Below are positions 1 through 11,724 of a stretch of DNA of 64,000 bases, piece after piece. This DNA is from Squalus acanthias. Lineage: Eukaryota. The DNA lies in assembly GCA_030390025.1 (NCBI GenBank), contig CM059432.1, positions 89,902,001 through 89,966,000 of the forward strand, written 5' to 3'. A program made the position numbers and the translations under genes. The notes beneath the pieces are model-generated. The model was not told the DNA's origin. It ran no database searches and saw only the letters and a list, made by a program, of their open reading frames with translations. How positions within the stretch are numbered: the first letter of the stretch is position 1; each line of letters begins with the position of its first letter.

Positions 1-985
1 TTAAGTTTCAGAGCCACAGTAGACTGGTATTACAGTATTAGGTTTTAAGCAGGACCCATGGGACTTAGTAGAAATAGAAAGTGGAATTCTTCACAAATGG
101 TTTTTTAATTCTCAGCCGTAACATCGAAAATCAGTGACAGTTCAAAATAATTGTGTGGACAAAATATGTGCCACAGGTAAGGACCTCAAGTTTTACCAGA
201 ACACAATACTGTAGGGAACTATTGCTAGTCTAAAGTATTTATTCCCCACTCCCATTTGTCCCACAGTCATTGCCTTCTACTTTAATACACTTACAACTTT
301 GTAGAACGGCTGCTCCATGGAGTCCAGAACATTTCTTCCAAGTGGAATCAGACATACAATGCTGATGTGGGGCAGGGGGAATCCTTGCAGACAGCATTAC
401 TAATTGCAGTGTAGTCTTTTTATGGACCAGTTGGAAGCTGACCTTTCCTTTTTAATGCAATTGACCTGTTGAGTTTGTTTGTGTTTATCGCAAAAATCAA
501 CGGCTGTGAAATTCGAATCTTTAGCACCGGTCGTTAAGGCCGGTTTGGAAGGAAAAATGGCAGCAGCCTCAACCGTTCGCTTCTGGTAGGTCCCGTGGCA
601 GCAGCCATTTTGGGCAGGTCAGCAGCGCTGCCTTTGCCTGCGCTCACTGCAGATATTTAGATGATCCAGATCGTCACGTAAATGAGTGTGCAATGCTGAT
701 TTGACGCATGATCGCCACTCCGTTTAACGCCTTCTTCTAATCACAACAGCTGACCACGCGTTCAGCAGCAGGAAGGACCCCCCACCAGCGCTATTTAAAG
801 GGATCATCATCAACTTGCAGCTGACTTGCTTTTTCATTTCTACTTGCTCTGTGTAAGTTTGTGCAACTGATTGGAGCTTTCTAGAGTTATTTAAAGTTGC
901 TGAGCTGACAGGGAGTGTTGCTGCAAGTGGAGAACGCCTTGCTTCTCATTTAAAAGGGTTCTGCTCACACCACTGGCTCCCAGTC

Positions 986-1980
986 ATGGGGGCTCTACTT
1001 GCAGTCCCCCTCGTGCTCGAGTATGACAGGGAGATGGAGCGGAGTCAGCGAAGAGGAGGTCAAGATGCTCGCAGAGGGAGGAGGAGGGGAGACAGGAGGG
1101 TTCTCAGCAGGAAGCCTTACCCACCTAGGGTCTTCCGAGAGCACTTCTCCTACCTGCACCTAATCCAGCAGCAGTTTATTAGGAGGCTCAGCTTCACCAA
1201 GGAGGTGGTCACAGAACTCTGCCACCTCCTGCAACCAGACCTGCAGCCTCAGAGCAGGGCGACGACGGCTCTCCTGGTGGCCCTCAAGGTTACCGTGTCC
1301 CTCAATTTTTTCACCAGCGGATCCTTCCAGTCTACAGCAGGAGACATAGCTAACATCTCCCAGTTCGCCGTCCATCGCTGCATTCGGGAGGTCACAGAGG
1401 CTGCACACATGTGGCTTTGTGGGCGCCGCATACCAATCCTGACATGTTACATAACTGCAAAGGCTACCACTCACTTAATGTGCAGTTGGAGTACGACCAC
1501 GCCCGGCACATCATGATGGTGAATGCCCGCTATCCCGGCAGCAGTCATGATACCTTTATCCTGCGCCAGTCCGGTGTGCCAACAATCTTCCAGCCACCAC
1601 GTCAAACCCAAGGGTGCCTGCTCGGAGACACGGGCTATCCACTCTGCACCTGGCTGATGACTCTCCTTCACAACCCCATCATTCGTGGCCAGCAGTCATA
1701 TCATGGCAGCCATGAGGAATATCATCAAGCAGACCATCAGGGTGCTAAAGCAATGATTCCATTGCCTTGACCGTCAGGAGGAGCCCTCCAGTGCTCGGCA
1801 GAGCAGGTGTCCCATTTTGTGGTGATCTGCTGCATGCTCCACCACTTGGCCATCATGAAGGCCCAGCCCTTGCCACCAGGGATTGCGGGACCACCGGAGG
1901 AGGAAGGGAGGAGGCAGGCAGTAGAACCCCGTTCTGGACGGGCTGCCCGTGAGAGCCTCATCAGACTCCAGTTCCAGTGA
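986..1980 (+). pseudogene. Harbinger (HARBI1-like, DDE_Tnp_4) transposase, frameshifted with an internal deletion
   Basis: Fragments LKVTVSLNFFTSGSFQ..GDIANISQFAVHRCIREVTEA, KGYHSLNVQL..ARYPGSSHDTFILRQS and LLGDTGYPL are spread over several frames. The segment with the first catalytic Asp (GAIDxTH) is missing near 1400. Confidence 0.92.
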
Positions 1981-2433
1981 ATGAAACCCCAGATCCCCAA
2001 TGCTCACCACTTCCCCTCTTACCATCCCTCTGTTACGGAACTTCACAGCGTCCTCCTGGGCAAAATGCTGAAATGAGAGCCACCACAAAACAAACATTCC
2101 AAACATAATTTAAACAAATATCAAATCCAAATCAAAACAACAATGTCAACTAATCACCCTTATGTATTCCCTGTCTTTTGTGTTGCTTTTCCTACTCTAG
2201 TGCCCCTATAAAGTGCTCCCCCAGTGGCTGCAGCATGGCTGGTGGAAGGCTGCTGACTTTCAGTCGGGGAGACTGCAGATGGCCTTGCAGGATGTCCTCG
2301 AGCAGTTTTGCGCTTAGAAAGCCCGGCTGTAGACTGCACCACCTCGGCATAAGCAGCAGCAGCCTGGGCTGGCTGGATGACAGGCAGCAGCAAGGGCACT
2401 GTGGGAGTGGCATTGGTGGTAGTAGGAATGCTG

Positions 2434-2873
2434 GTAAGCGTTCTCCAAGGCGGCCTTCGAGATACACGACAGCACAAAATCATAGAGCAGAAACTGATAG
2501 CCAAGTTCCGCACTCATGAGGATGGCCTCAATCGCGATATCGGGTTCATGTCACGATACAGAACGTGACTTGACATCATGGCCGGTCTTCCCAGGTGTTT
2601 TTTTAAAAAAAAGTCTAACACAAGAACACAAATTGACAGGATATGCAGCCAGCAGGTGGTTTGACACGTTGGACCCCCTGGGACACATCTCATTGTCTTG
2701 GCTATGCTCTTTGTTGTAGGGAATAATGTGAATAGATTTTGTCTGGGTTTAAATTGTGAATTCTGGGAGATTCTCTCATTGCTAACTTACCTGACGAAGG
2801 AGCGAACTGCTTCGAAAGCTTGTAAAATTAAATAAATCTGTTGGACTATAACCTGGTGTTGTGCGACTTCTCA
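2434..2873 (+). mobile_element. 5'-truncated Penelope-like retroelement (GIY-YIG C-terminus plus 3' pLTR) inserted in the Harbinger Myb gene
   Basis: VSVLQGGLRDTRQHKIIEQKLIAKFRTHEDGLNRD* matches the PLE GIY-YIG endonuclease end (E..I......GLN). It is followed by a pLTR with a hammerhead motif, AATAAA and the tail ctgttggactataacctggtgttgtgcgac, which recurs at 27.3 kb and 62.9 kb. Confidence 0.9.
2787..2825 (+). ncRNA. Minimal type I hammerhead ribozyme (PLE type)
   Basis: ttac-CTGACGA-a-ggagc[gaact]gcttc-GAAA-gc-TT-gtaa. Stem I ttac/gtaa, stem II 5 bp, palindromic stem III AAGCTT. Confidence 0.8.
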
Positions 2874-5037
2874 TCTGAGAGAGGACAGCAGGTTTTTGCT
2901 CCACGGAGCCACTGTCACTCCCCCAGGGCAGTGCCTCATTCCTAGCCATCTGTTGGGGGACAGATTGCTGGAGTGTTGTGAGACCCTGCAAGTCCCTTTC
3001 CACACTCGTAAACCCAGCTACGATGGCAGCAGTTTGAGTTTCCACTGCAGCACTGAGACGTTGGGTCGCTTTCGCCTGTGCTGCAGTGGGAGCTGCAACA
3101 TCGCCCATCACACGTTACAAGGTCTCTCATGGTGTTGCCCATCATGTACATCCTGGAAATCACGGGCTCCAAGCTCTGCGCAAAGCCCCTTGCAATGTCG
3201 GAGCAGGACTCCTCCATGCTCCTTGACACTGACAAGAGGCTCTCTGGCAGGGTTGCCATTGCACCTAGGATTTCTGTCTGCATGCCCATTACCCTTCTTT
3301 TGAAGGCCATTCCATCGAGGTCATCATCTGAGTCCTGTGCATCAGAACTCGTGCGTGAATTTGCACTCCGGGGAGCTGGCACCCGAGCTATCCTTTCCCC
3401 CTGGCCTGGCTGCAGCCCACTCGTGCCTGGTTGAATCACCATGTGCAGATCCCCCCTCTATACGACCCTTTACTTCTGCGCAGTGCCATTTTCTGAGCTG
3501 GTGCCTGCGAGTGTCAGATGTTGTGATGGTGTGTCTTCTCGTCTATCGCTGTCTTCCTCCATCACTTCAGGGACTGGCTGGCCAGGTTAGAGTTCTTGGG
3601 TATCTGAAAGGAGAAACGCACAAGGGTCGGGTTGTGGTGAGGGGAGGAAAGCAAGATATCCATGCATACACTATCAGCAGCTTGTAAGTGAGAAGAGATT
3701 GTGGGATGAAGGGGAAGTGGGATGTGAGAAGAAGGATTAGGTATGAGCATACCGTCATCAACAGCAATGCTTTCAACTTCCCTGCTCGCCATGGACTCTG
3801 TAACTGCCCCTCCAATGATTTCCAGCAATGCTTCCTCCAGCTCCATCAGATTCTGCAAACTGGCTTCCCCTCCACCCGTCTGCTGCTGCTCCCAGTTGTT
3901 GTGTGCCACCTTTGCCTGCAAGAGAAAGGGAAGTGTGTCAGTGAGTGTGGTGCAATGTGTTTGGGTGATGTGCCTGCCATGGTTAAATAGCTGGCAGTGT
4001 GTGCAAGGCGTGAGATGTGGGTGTGAGTCTTGCAGCAGTGGTAAGTGTGTGAGGGTGAAGAGAAGCTATGATTGTGAGCTATGAGTGGTGATTGCTAGAG
4101 ATTGCTGGAAGGTGAGTGATGGGGGTGCGGTGCATTGAGCAGTGTGTGAGGCTTGTGGTGCAGATGATGGGATATGGCATTTGATGATGCATTCACTCAT
4201 CTTGACCACTTGTGTGAGGTCATTACACTTTTTGCAGCACTGGATCCAGGTCCTGGGGACAACAATCATTGCAGTGACGGCTTCAGCGATCTCCTCCCAC
4301 AGCCTTCTGGTGTTCTGCCTTGAAGGCCTTCCCCCCGCCCCATCCCCCCACCACGGGTAGAGGATCTGACGTCGTCTTTGAACCCCCAGGACCAAGGCCT
4401 CCAGTGCCGCATCATAAAATCTCCTTTCCCTTCCCTTGGCTGTTGGGCCATGGCTTTCTCCACAATGACAATGAGTGCTTCTGCAACAAAGCACTTCTTC
4501 ATTAAGTAGTGCAGAGAGCCCGAGGGCCAAACTTTATTGGCCAGTAGACTGCACCTGATATTGGCCCCTCTGTTCAGTGCTAAGCTAATCAGCATGTTTA
4601 GCGCTGAGATCAGTGCTGCAATCATTATAATGAGCAGGCACCACTTTGAACGGGCACGGGTGCGGGCACATAGCGCTTCGCGCTGCCCACGCCCATTTTC
4701 AGGTCTTATCCAATTTCTAGGCCAACAGGTATTGAGTTGAAACAAAAACAATGTAATTCTATTTCCCTTTAAAGAAACTAGCCAAACAGAAATTAATGGA
4801 AAGACATTCGTGGACATCTCCAAGAGGCTGCTCACTAAACACTCTCAATCAAGATTCTTCCCAAACACAATTTACACAGATGTTCCTAAGTGTAATCTTT
4901 GAGGTTCCCTTTGGACGTACTGTTTCAGAATCCTCCTAGGCAACTTTCATAAGGATCCCTAAATTACACAATCTGATAGGATCTCCCTAGACCTGCTTTC
5001 ACTTGACATGATTTGCAGTGATTCCCTTAGACATGCA

Positions 5038-5195
5038 GGGGGTAATTTTGACTTTGTATGATCGTGTAAAACGGACGATAGCGATTCAGCCGCCCGTTAT
5101 ACATTTCTCCTCATTTTCATTTCCATTGACTTGACGGACAGTGGCTGAATTAATATCGCCCGTTTTACACTATCACCCAAAGTCAAAATTGTGCC
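5038..5195. mobile_element. Palindromic MITE
   Basis: Arms aattttgactttg..gat.gtgtaaaacggacgata and tatcgcccgttttacactatcacccaaagtcaaaatt. A related element lies at 18460-18617. Confidence 0.7.
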
Positions 5196-5689
5196 TGCTT
5201 TGTCTGAATCTTCAGATATGCTAGACGTAAGCTTCCCCCAGATGTTCTATGAGGATTTCCCCAAAAGCCTACTCCCACAGTTTCCACAAAATTCACCAGA
5301 CAAACTCTGACAGTATCCCACTAAGTGCAATTCAGAAACAACCCAACATGCTCCTCAAGGATGTCCCTTTACACACTCCCAATAGAATCCAAAAGACACA
5401 TTACACTAAGGGATTCCCTCAGTATTCATCCACAGGGATTCTGCACCGCAAGGATTTCCTCAGTAATTGTTGTGTAGTTAATTTCTTTAAAGGCAAATGG
5501 GTGTAATTGTTTTCTTTTCAGCTCAATGTATGCTGACTTTTGCTATCGATGCAATCAAACACAGCAGGATGATTTCATTCAAAAGAATTAGACAGCTCTT
5601 GACTGGTCCATGAAAAAATAAACTTTGTGACAATCAGTAATATTGTTTGCAAGTATTCTCCTTCTCTAAAATCAGACACATACCATAAA

Positions 5690-6090
5690 TATACTCCAAA
5701 CACACTACGAGCAACCTTCCAGATAGGCTACATGAGAATATACCCATAGGTACAATGTGGGGTATGTTCCCTTTGACACACTCCACAAAGATTTCCCATA
5801 GACACGCCCCACAAATATTTCCCTTTAGACACACTCCATGAGTATTTCCTCTTCAACACACTCCACAAGAATTTCTCCATAAGATACACCCTGTGATGAT
5901 TTCCCCTTAGGATCAATGGAACAATTTCTCTTTAGACACACTCCACAAGGATTTCACCTTAGACACACTCTGAGGATTTTCCTTTATGCAACTTCCACAA
6001 GGGTTGTCCTTTAGACAACACTCCATGAGGGTTACCCCTTAGACGCACTCGCGGAGGATTTCCTCTTCGGCACACTCCATGAACATTTCC
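5690..6090. repeat. Degenerate ~27-bp minisatellite (consensus about GACACACTCCACAAGGATTTCCCCTTA)
   Basis: Repeated acacactcca..gatttcc..tta units. More decayed units are visible at about 4830-5035 and 5200-5460. Confidence 0.8.
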
Positions 6091-6092
6091 CG

Positions 6093-6266
6093 ATTGCACT
6101 GTGGGAGCCTGATTTAAATATGTTAATTAAGTGTCCCGTCTCTCCATGGCAGGACTCTCGACGCCCTGATATCTGCGTGCTGTGTTGGGGTCGCGTTCCC
6201 CATATTTAACTCTTTAACCCCCCGCGACCCTCTTCCGCCCATCATGGGGGCTTTAATATCGAAGCC
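6093..6266. mobile_element. One arm of a Harbinger-type MITE
   Basis: GC-rich, ends TAATATCGAAGCC, resembling the reverse complement of the terminus GGCCCCGATATTTA at 14713. Confidence 0.45.
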
Positions 6267-7990
6267 ATTGTATCAGAGGGAATCACTCAGCAACAGTCAG
6301 TGTCTTCAGGAGGGGAGTAAATTGACAAGAAATGTTATTTATTTTTGTACCCCTTTCCTGTTTGTCTTTTTATTTTTAGCTCCTGCTTATAGTTCTTCTC
6401 CTACCCCCATACTGACAACCTGCTTTCTAATTGCTGTTAATGCGGTTCTGTAACTAAGATATGCTGAGAGTAGCCTGGGGTGATTTTTATTTCCTGTGGT
6501 AAGCACATGTTTTCTACTCTGCATCTTGATGTCTCAGTCAAGATTGGGAGTTTACTGTGTGGGGAATCACAGACATGAATCCATGCCTACTAGTTAGGCA
6601 TATAGAATGGTACAGTTACTCTCTCGCCTTTAATCTGCTGTTTTCTTTTATCAACAAAGCATTATTTAATGCAAATTCTTGTTACATTTGGGTAGAAATT
6701 ATGATCAATAAATTTTACCCTGTAAAAAAAGGTAATGCCTATTTAAGTATAGCAATCACAGGAATATAGTGTGTGCATTAAGGGTTCCTAGGTGAACTTT
6801 GCCAATCAAAAGTTCTGCTCTATGATGTAAAATACATTATTTTCATGGATATTTTAATCGCTCTGAATTTCTTGGATTAAAAATATCCATGAAATGAAAT
6901 CACAATGAAAATGAATATATACCGCTGGCACTTCTGGCAATAATTATAAAGCATTAAACGTGTAACCAATGAAATAAGAAAACAGCAAATACATCATTAT
7001 TCTTAAAAGTGTAGCATTTCAATCTAAAGAAATCAAAGGCTTTACCATTCTACAGATGGAGAATCTGATTTAGTCATGATCTGGGGTTGGGGTGGGGGTG
7101 GAGGGAAACCATGCCACTCGCCACCTGTTTCCCGTTAACTCCATTTTCATGGGTACATGCGTGCCAGTGTGTGCGTACATGCATGCATGTGTTTCTGTTG
7201 AACATCGTGGCATGATTATGAAAGTCATACTCTATCAAAAGTTCTGCACTGTTTTATCCAAACTGCAGGTGTGCGGTAATGCATCTGAGGCAGGGTCGGG
7301 ATGACAAAGAGAACATTATACAGCACAATCTGGGGTTAATTGACCCACATTTCAGAGTTCTTCAGCACAGTACAGAAGACTAAACCATAGATGAACTAAA
7401 GGAAAGAAATGTTCCAAACAATGTGAAAATCGGCTCCATGGCAAGAAAGAGCATTTAAATCCTGTAAGAAATGGAGTTGGGTGCATTTCAGTAGCTAAGC
7501 CTCAGCCTGATAGGGTTGGTTACATTGCTGGAAAAGGCTATCTGATACTTTGAAGCGCAAAAGCAAAATAAAGCTTACAGTTTGTTTCAGAGCTTTTTAA
7601 GAGATTATTTTTAGAAACAGTTAACCCATTTAACTGTCAGGCTGTAAATACCCGAGAGCCTGTTTGGTTCTAAGAACACATCTAAAGTGATTGGCCGAAC
7701 AGATATCCTTCAAAGTCTGTTAAAAGTCCCTGCTTCTGTCATATCCATTCATTGAAAAGGAATTTTAAAGCATTACAGTAACTGCTTCTGCATTTAGGCT
7801 GGGTTTTGTAAATTGGTCAACTGCAGTTAGATCTCTAGAAGGCCATTTTGGTAGGTTCACTGCCCATAACATAAGCCAAAGAGCTACTGTTGTGATAGCA
7901 AAATACTGCGGATGCTGGAAATCCGAAATAACAACAGAAAACGCTGGAAAAACTCAGCAGGCCAGGCAGCATCCGTGGAGAGAGAAACAG

Positions 7991-8027
7991 AGTTAACGTT
8001 TCAGGTCGATGACCTTTCGTCAGAACT
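7991..8027 (-). ncRNA. Minimal hammerhead ribozyme (PLE type), minus strand
   Basis: Reverse complement reads agtt-CTGACGA-a-aggtc[atc]gacct-GAAA-cg-TT-aact. Confidence 0.8.
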
Positions 8028-8083
8028 GGAAAAAAGCAGGAAATGAAATAGATTTAAATCTATTTCATTTCCTGCTTTTTTCC

Positions 8084-8120
8084 AGTTCTGACGAAAGGTC
8101 TTCGACCTGAAACGTTAACT
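8084..8120 (+). ncRNA. Minimal hammerhead ribozyme (PLE type), plus strand
   Basis: agtt-CTGACGA-a-aggtc[ttc]gacct-GAAA-cg-TT-aact. Stem I agtt/aact, palindromic stem III AACGTT. Confidence 0.8.
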
Positions 8121-9744
8121 CTGTTTCTCTCTCCACGGATGCTGCCTGGCCTGCTGAGTTTTTCCAGCGTTTTCTGTAGCTACTGTTGTGAGGTTGTTTC
8201 TACAAGTGGATCAGACCGGCATTGGAGAGTGTGCCCCCATCAAAGCTGCAGCACCCTAATGCCTAGTCATTGTGTGAGATCAGAATGTGCATTCGCAGAT
8301 ATGTAGAGCCACAGAATATAGTACTTGTTGAGTCTGGTGGGGGAAGGGAGATGTTTTGTTACTATTGTTTATTTTTTCAAGTAAATTAGCTCAGTCTGAA
8401 TTCTACCCAAGTTAGCAGTCAGAATGCAAAACTGGTTTACTTGGTACAAATGTCACTAAATGATAGCAGCACTCTATATGAGGCAGAACTCTGGCTGCCA
8501 ACCATTGATTGACTCAAACACTTTCACTCTACAGTGGTTTAAAAACCAAAACTTAAATGTTACTCTATGTACTTTTGGAAATACTTAACAACTTTAAGGT
8601 GGAGTGGAAGATGACTACCCTGCCAATCTTATTCTACAATGCTATCATGAAATCAGAGTTTCATAGAGACCAAATGATCTGTGACTCCTGCATCAGAGCC
8701 ACTTTTTGCACCTCAAGCCTGAACAGGCACTCTTGTTAGATGAATCTATTCACTTTGGCAAGTAGCAGAGCTGTTAATTAATGCTGAGTGGATTTTGAGA
8801 GGAGGTCCATTGCTACATAACGCTTTTCAGCCAAGCCTAAGATGGGTCCCACCAATCTTGAAAACATCATCAATGACTGGGTAGAAGGGAGGAGAGATAG
8901 AAGATGTGAGCTACTGCTAAAAATGGACGTTTCAGCTGCATTTTAAAGTTCTTACTAAATTGCACACATGCCAGTGTTCAGGCTACAGCAGAAACATTTC
9001 TTGAATGGGTTCTTTCAGAGCAAATGGAAAAATTCTAGTGGTTCTGAGTTACAGTACAATTAAACAAAATTACTTGCACGTAAAACTTTCTGAACCCTAC
9101 ACAGAGATTTTATGTGTATTGTATATTGACACATGCCCTGGTTTAGTCGCATATTGACTTGGTGTATTGCACCTGTCCTTTGATGGGTGAGGTGCTGTTT
9201 TTTTTAATTCTGCATGTAGGCTATTGAGAGCAGGAGCCAATAAATCATAAAACAGACATAAATGTTGAATCAGTAAGTCTGCTTCCCAAAGCCACATTCT
9301 ATGGTGATATAGTGCACTGGAATACATTATTCGCAGAATTTAAAATGACTCATTTGTTATTGCCAAAGTACATCTGAGATGTGCTTTTATTCATTACACT
9401 GCCTCCCTTATCTGTGGGTTCCATGGAATTCTTTAAACATTCTACTTGCTTGTGTGTTAATTTTTAAAAATAGAAAAAAACTTTCACTGCACTAGTTTAA
9501 AACTAAGGACTAATAAAATGCTTTTTGAGAACCTTCTGAGTTTCTGCAATCAAATTACATCTTATTGATTTTAAATTCTGGTTGTTATGTTATGACTGGG
9601 CAAGTTCAAGCAAATTGCTTGTTTTACTTCAGCCTGTATATTGTGGAAGGGACAGCACTGAAAGATGGCAAAGGCCAATCTGTGCTTTGGAAAGGATAAA
9701 GATTGGAACCTCACCAAATCACAAAATAATTAGATAAGAAACAT

Positions 9745-11150
9745 CTTAATTCATCCATCCAGAGAGATCCTCCTATTGTAGCAACCAATTGTTTTTTTAA
9801 TGATTTCAGGGTTTTTGCCTCCTCTACTCTATCTGGAGGTCTACTCCATATGTTGATCAATCTGTGTGAAGAAGGATTTCCTGATATCAGTTCTAAAATG
9901 ACCTTTTAATAGTTTGAATTTATGTACTACAGTTTAATTTAAAGTAATGTTTTTTCTATGTCCTTAACAATATTATATACTTTTATAAGAGCACCTCACA
10001 AACACCTCCTTTCTAGGCTGAAAAACCCAAATTTTCCTGCCTTTGCTCAACTGAGACCCCTGGAATCAGCCTTCTGACTGTTCTCTGCACTGCCTCCAGT
10101 GCTTGAATGTCTCTCTTGCTTCTTGGTGACTAGAACTGGATGCAGTATTCAAGTTGTAGTCTGACAGCAGCACTATTAAGTTTGATTATTATCTTATATG
10201 CTCATGTATAGGCCATGCAACTCAACATCCTACTGGCTTTGTTGATTGCTGCTCTGCATTGGCAAAACTTGTTTAGCACCAAGGCTACAAAGACTTTCCA
10301 GCTTCATCCTTAGCTATTTCAAAAGTTTCATGGAGTATGCTTGTCTGTTTATTTTTTCTCCCTATCTACAGTACAATTGGCTGCATCAAATGTCATCTGT
10401 CATTGTTCTGGCTACTTACATATCTTGTCAAACTCATTCTGTAATTGCCTCTTCCAATTCCACTGCTCCTCCTAGTTTGGCATCACCTGCAAATTTGATC
10501 ACTTTGCATTAAGTTTCCGAATCCAGATAATTTATGTAATTTATAAACAGTAGCAGTCGCAGCACTAAGCCCCGAGGCAGCCCATTCAGTACTTCACCCC
10601 ACTCTGACATAGCTTCTTTAACAAGTATTCATTGAATATAAATGCAAGTTTTTGTTGTTTACTTCAGTCAGTTTCATATCCGTTCCTAGGGTTTATCCTG
10701 AATCCCCAAACCTTTGAGTTTAATTAATAGCCTTTCATGTGGAACTTTGTCAAAGGCATTTTAGAAGTCAAGATACACTACGTCATAGGACTTACCACAG
10801 TCTTGTTGGGTCATAACTTCCTCAAAGAAGTGGAGCAGGTTGGGTACACTGGATCTTCCCCTTTTGAATCCATGCTGATTGCTGGTAACTAGGTTATTGT
10901 TGTACAGATGATCTTCAAGTTTACTGATTCCATTATTTATGTGGATTGGAGGTGAGACTGATGGGTCTATAGTTGTGTGTGTCTGTTATGTCACCCTTTT
11001 TATTAACATGACCATTACAGTAGCCTGTTTCCAATCTGCCGGTACCTACCCAGTTTTCATTGACTACCTCATAATTGATTGTCAGTGCCTCACAAATCTC
11101 CTCCCTAGTCTCTCTTAGCACCTAAGGATAAATATCATCTGTTCCTGTGT
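9745..11150 (-). mobile_element. Old CR1 LINE, RT region to 3' end, heavily decayed
   Basis: LRETREEICEAL, KKGD..NYRPISLTS, YLDF.NAFDKVP and KFAGDAKLGG remnants on the minus strand. Confidence 0.85.
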
Positions 11151-11185
11151 AGAACTTCTATCTCATTTATAACAACCTCATATTT

Positions 11186-11722
11186 GGGTAGATTTTAAAT
11201 TTTGGGCGGCCGGCCAGCGGAGTGATTGCCAAAGAGGCAGCCATAATATTGAGGCCTGGGCCTCATTTGATTCTGACCAGTGAGCTGCAGATATCAAACG
11301 GGCGTCCAAGGCAGCGCGCCAGTTTTGGGCTACAGGAATGTCAGGTGGCTGGAACGTCAGTGGCAGCTGCAAGTAGGTCCTGGCGGAGGGGGCGGTGAGG
11401 CTGAGGGGGGGCAAACTGGGCCGGCAGTGGCCCATAGTATTTTATGGAGCCAGGTGGAGCACTCCTGCTCCTTCCAGTTCCACAACAATACAAGTTTAAA
11501 CATTTTTTGTGGCGATTTCCTGAGGGGTTAGTGGTCTGCCAATGTGTCCCTTAAAATTACATGGGTAAAAGGCCTGTTGCCTGTTTCAAGTGGGTGCTGT
11601 GGACACACAGGGGCATGCCCCTTTCAAGATGGCAGCAGCCAACATTCTGGCGTAAATGGAGCAATAAATATACCCACTACATTTTGAGATCCTTACCATC
11701 CCATTAATGCCAGTTTCGGGGA
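11186..11722. mobile_element. GC-rich non-autonomous DNA element (Harbinger-MITE-like), truncated by the adjacent CR1
   Basis: Starts GGGTAGATTTT. The internal motif ggagc..gagcactcctgctcc is shared with elements near 45.5 kb and 56.8 kb. Confidence 0.5.
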
Positions 11723-11724
11723 GA

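Larger units (their letters stand above)
2150..4451 (-). pseudogene. Harbinger accessory Myb/SANT (trihelix) DNA-binding gene, three exons: about 4451-4201, 3915-3753, 3603-2150
   Basis: RFYDAALEALV..RRQILYP..WEEIAEAV..PRTWIQCCKKCNDL is a Myb/SANT-like domain. Acceptors ttctcttgcag (3916) and tttctcctttcag (3604), donor gtatgc (3752). First donor is mutated to AT but reads GT in the 59409 copy. Stops, frameshifts and a PLE insertion disable it. Confidence 0.85.
502..4723 (+). mobile_element. PIF/Harbinger DNA transposon, both ends present, decayed (copy A1)
   Basis: Imperfect TIRs GGCTGTGAAATT (502) and AATTTCTAGGCC (ends 4723). 3-bp direct repeat AAC at 499-501 and 4724-4726. Contains convergent transposase and Myb/SANT genes. 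Confidence 0.9.
7896..8177. mobile_element. Fold-back Penelope-like pLTR insertion with 14-bp TSD
   Basis: TSD AGCTACTGTTGTGA at 7882-7895 and 8178-8191. 122-bp arms 7934-8055 and 8056-8177 with no spacer and one mismatch. Confidence 0.92.

Noticed and set aside
986..1980. Domesticated HARBI1 or NAIF1/MSANTD host gene
   Set aside because: Frameshifted, multi-copy and bounded by TIRs and a TSD, so a transposon copy.
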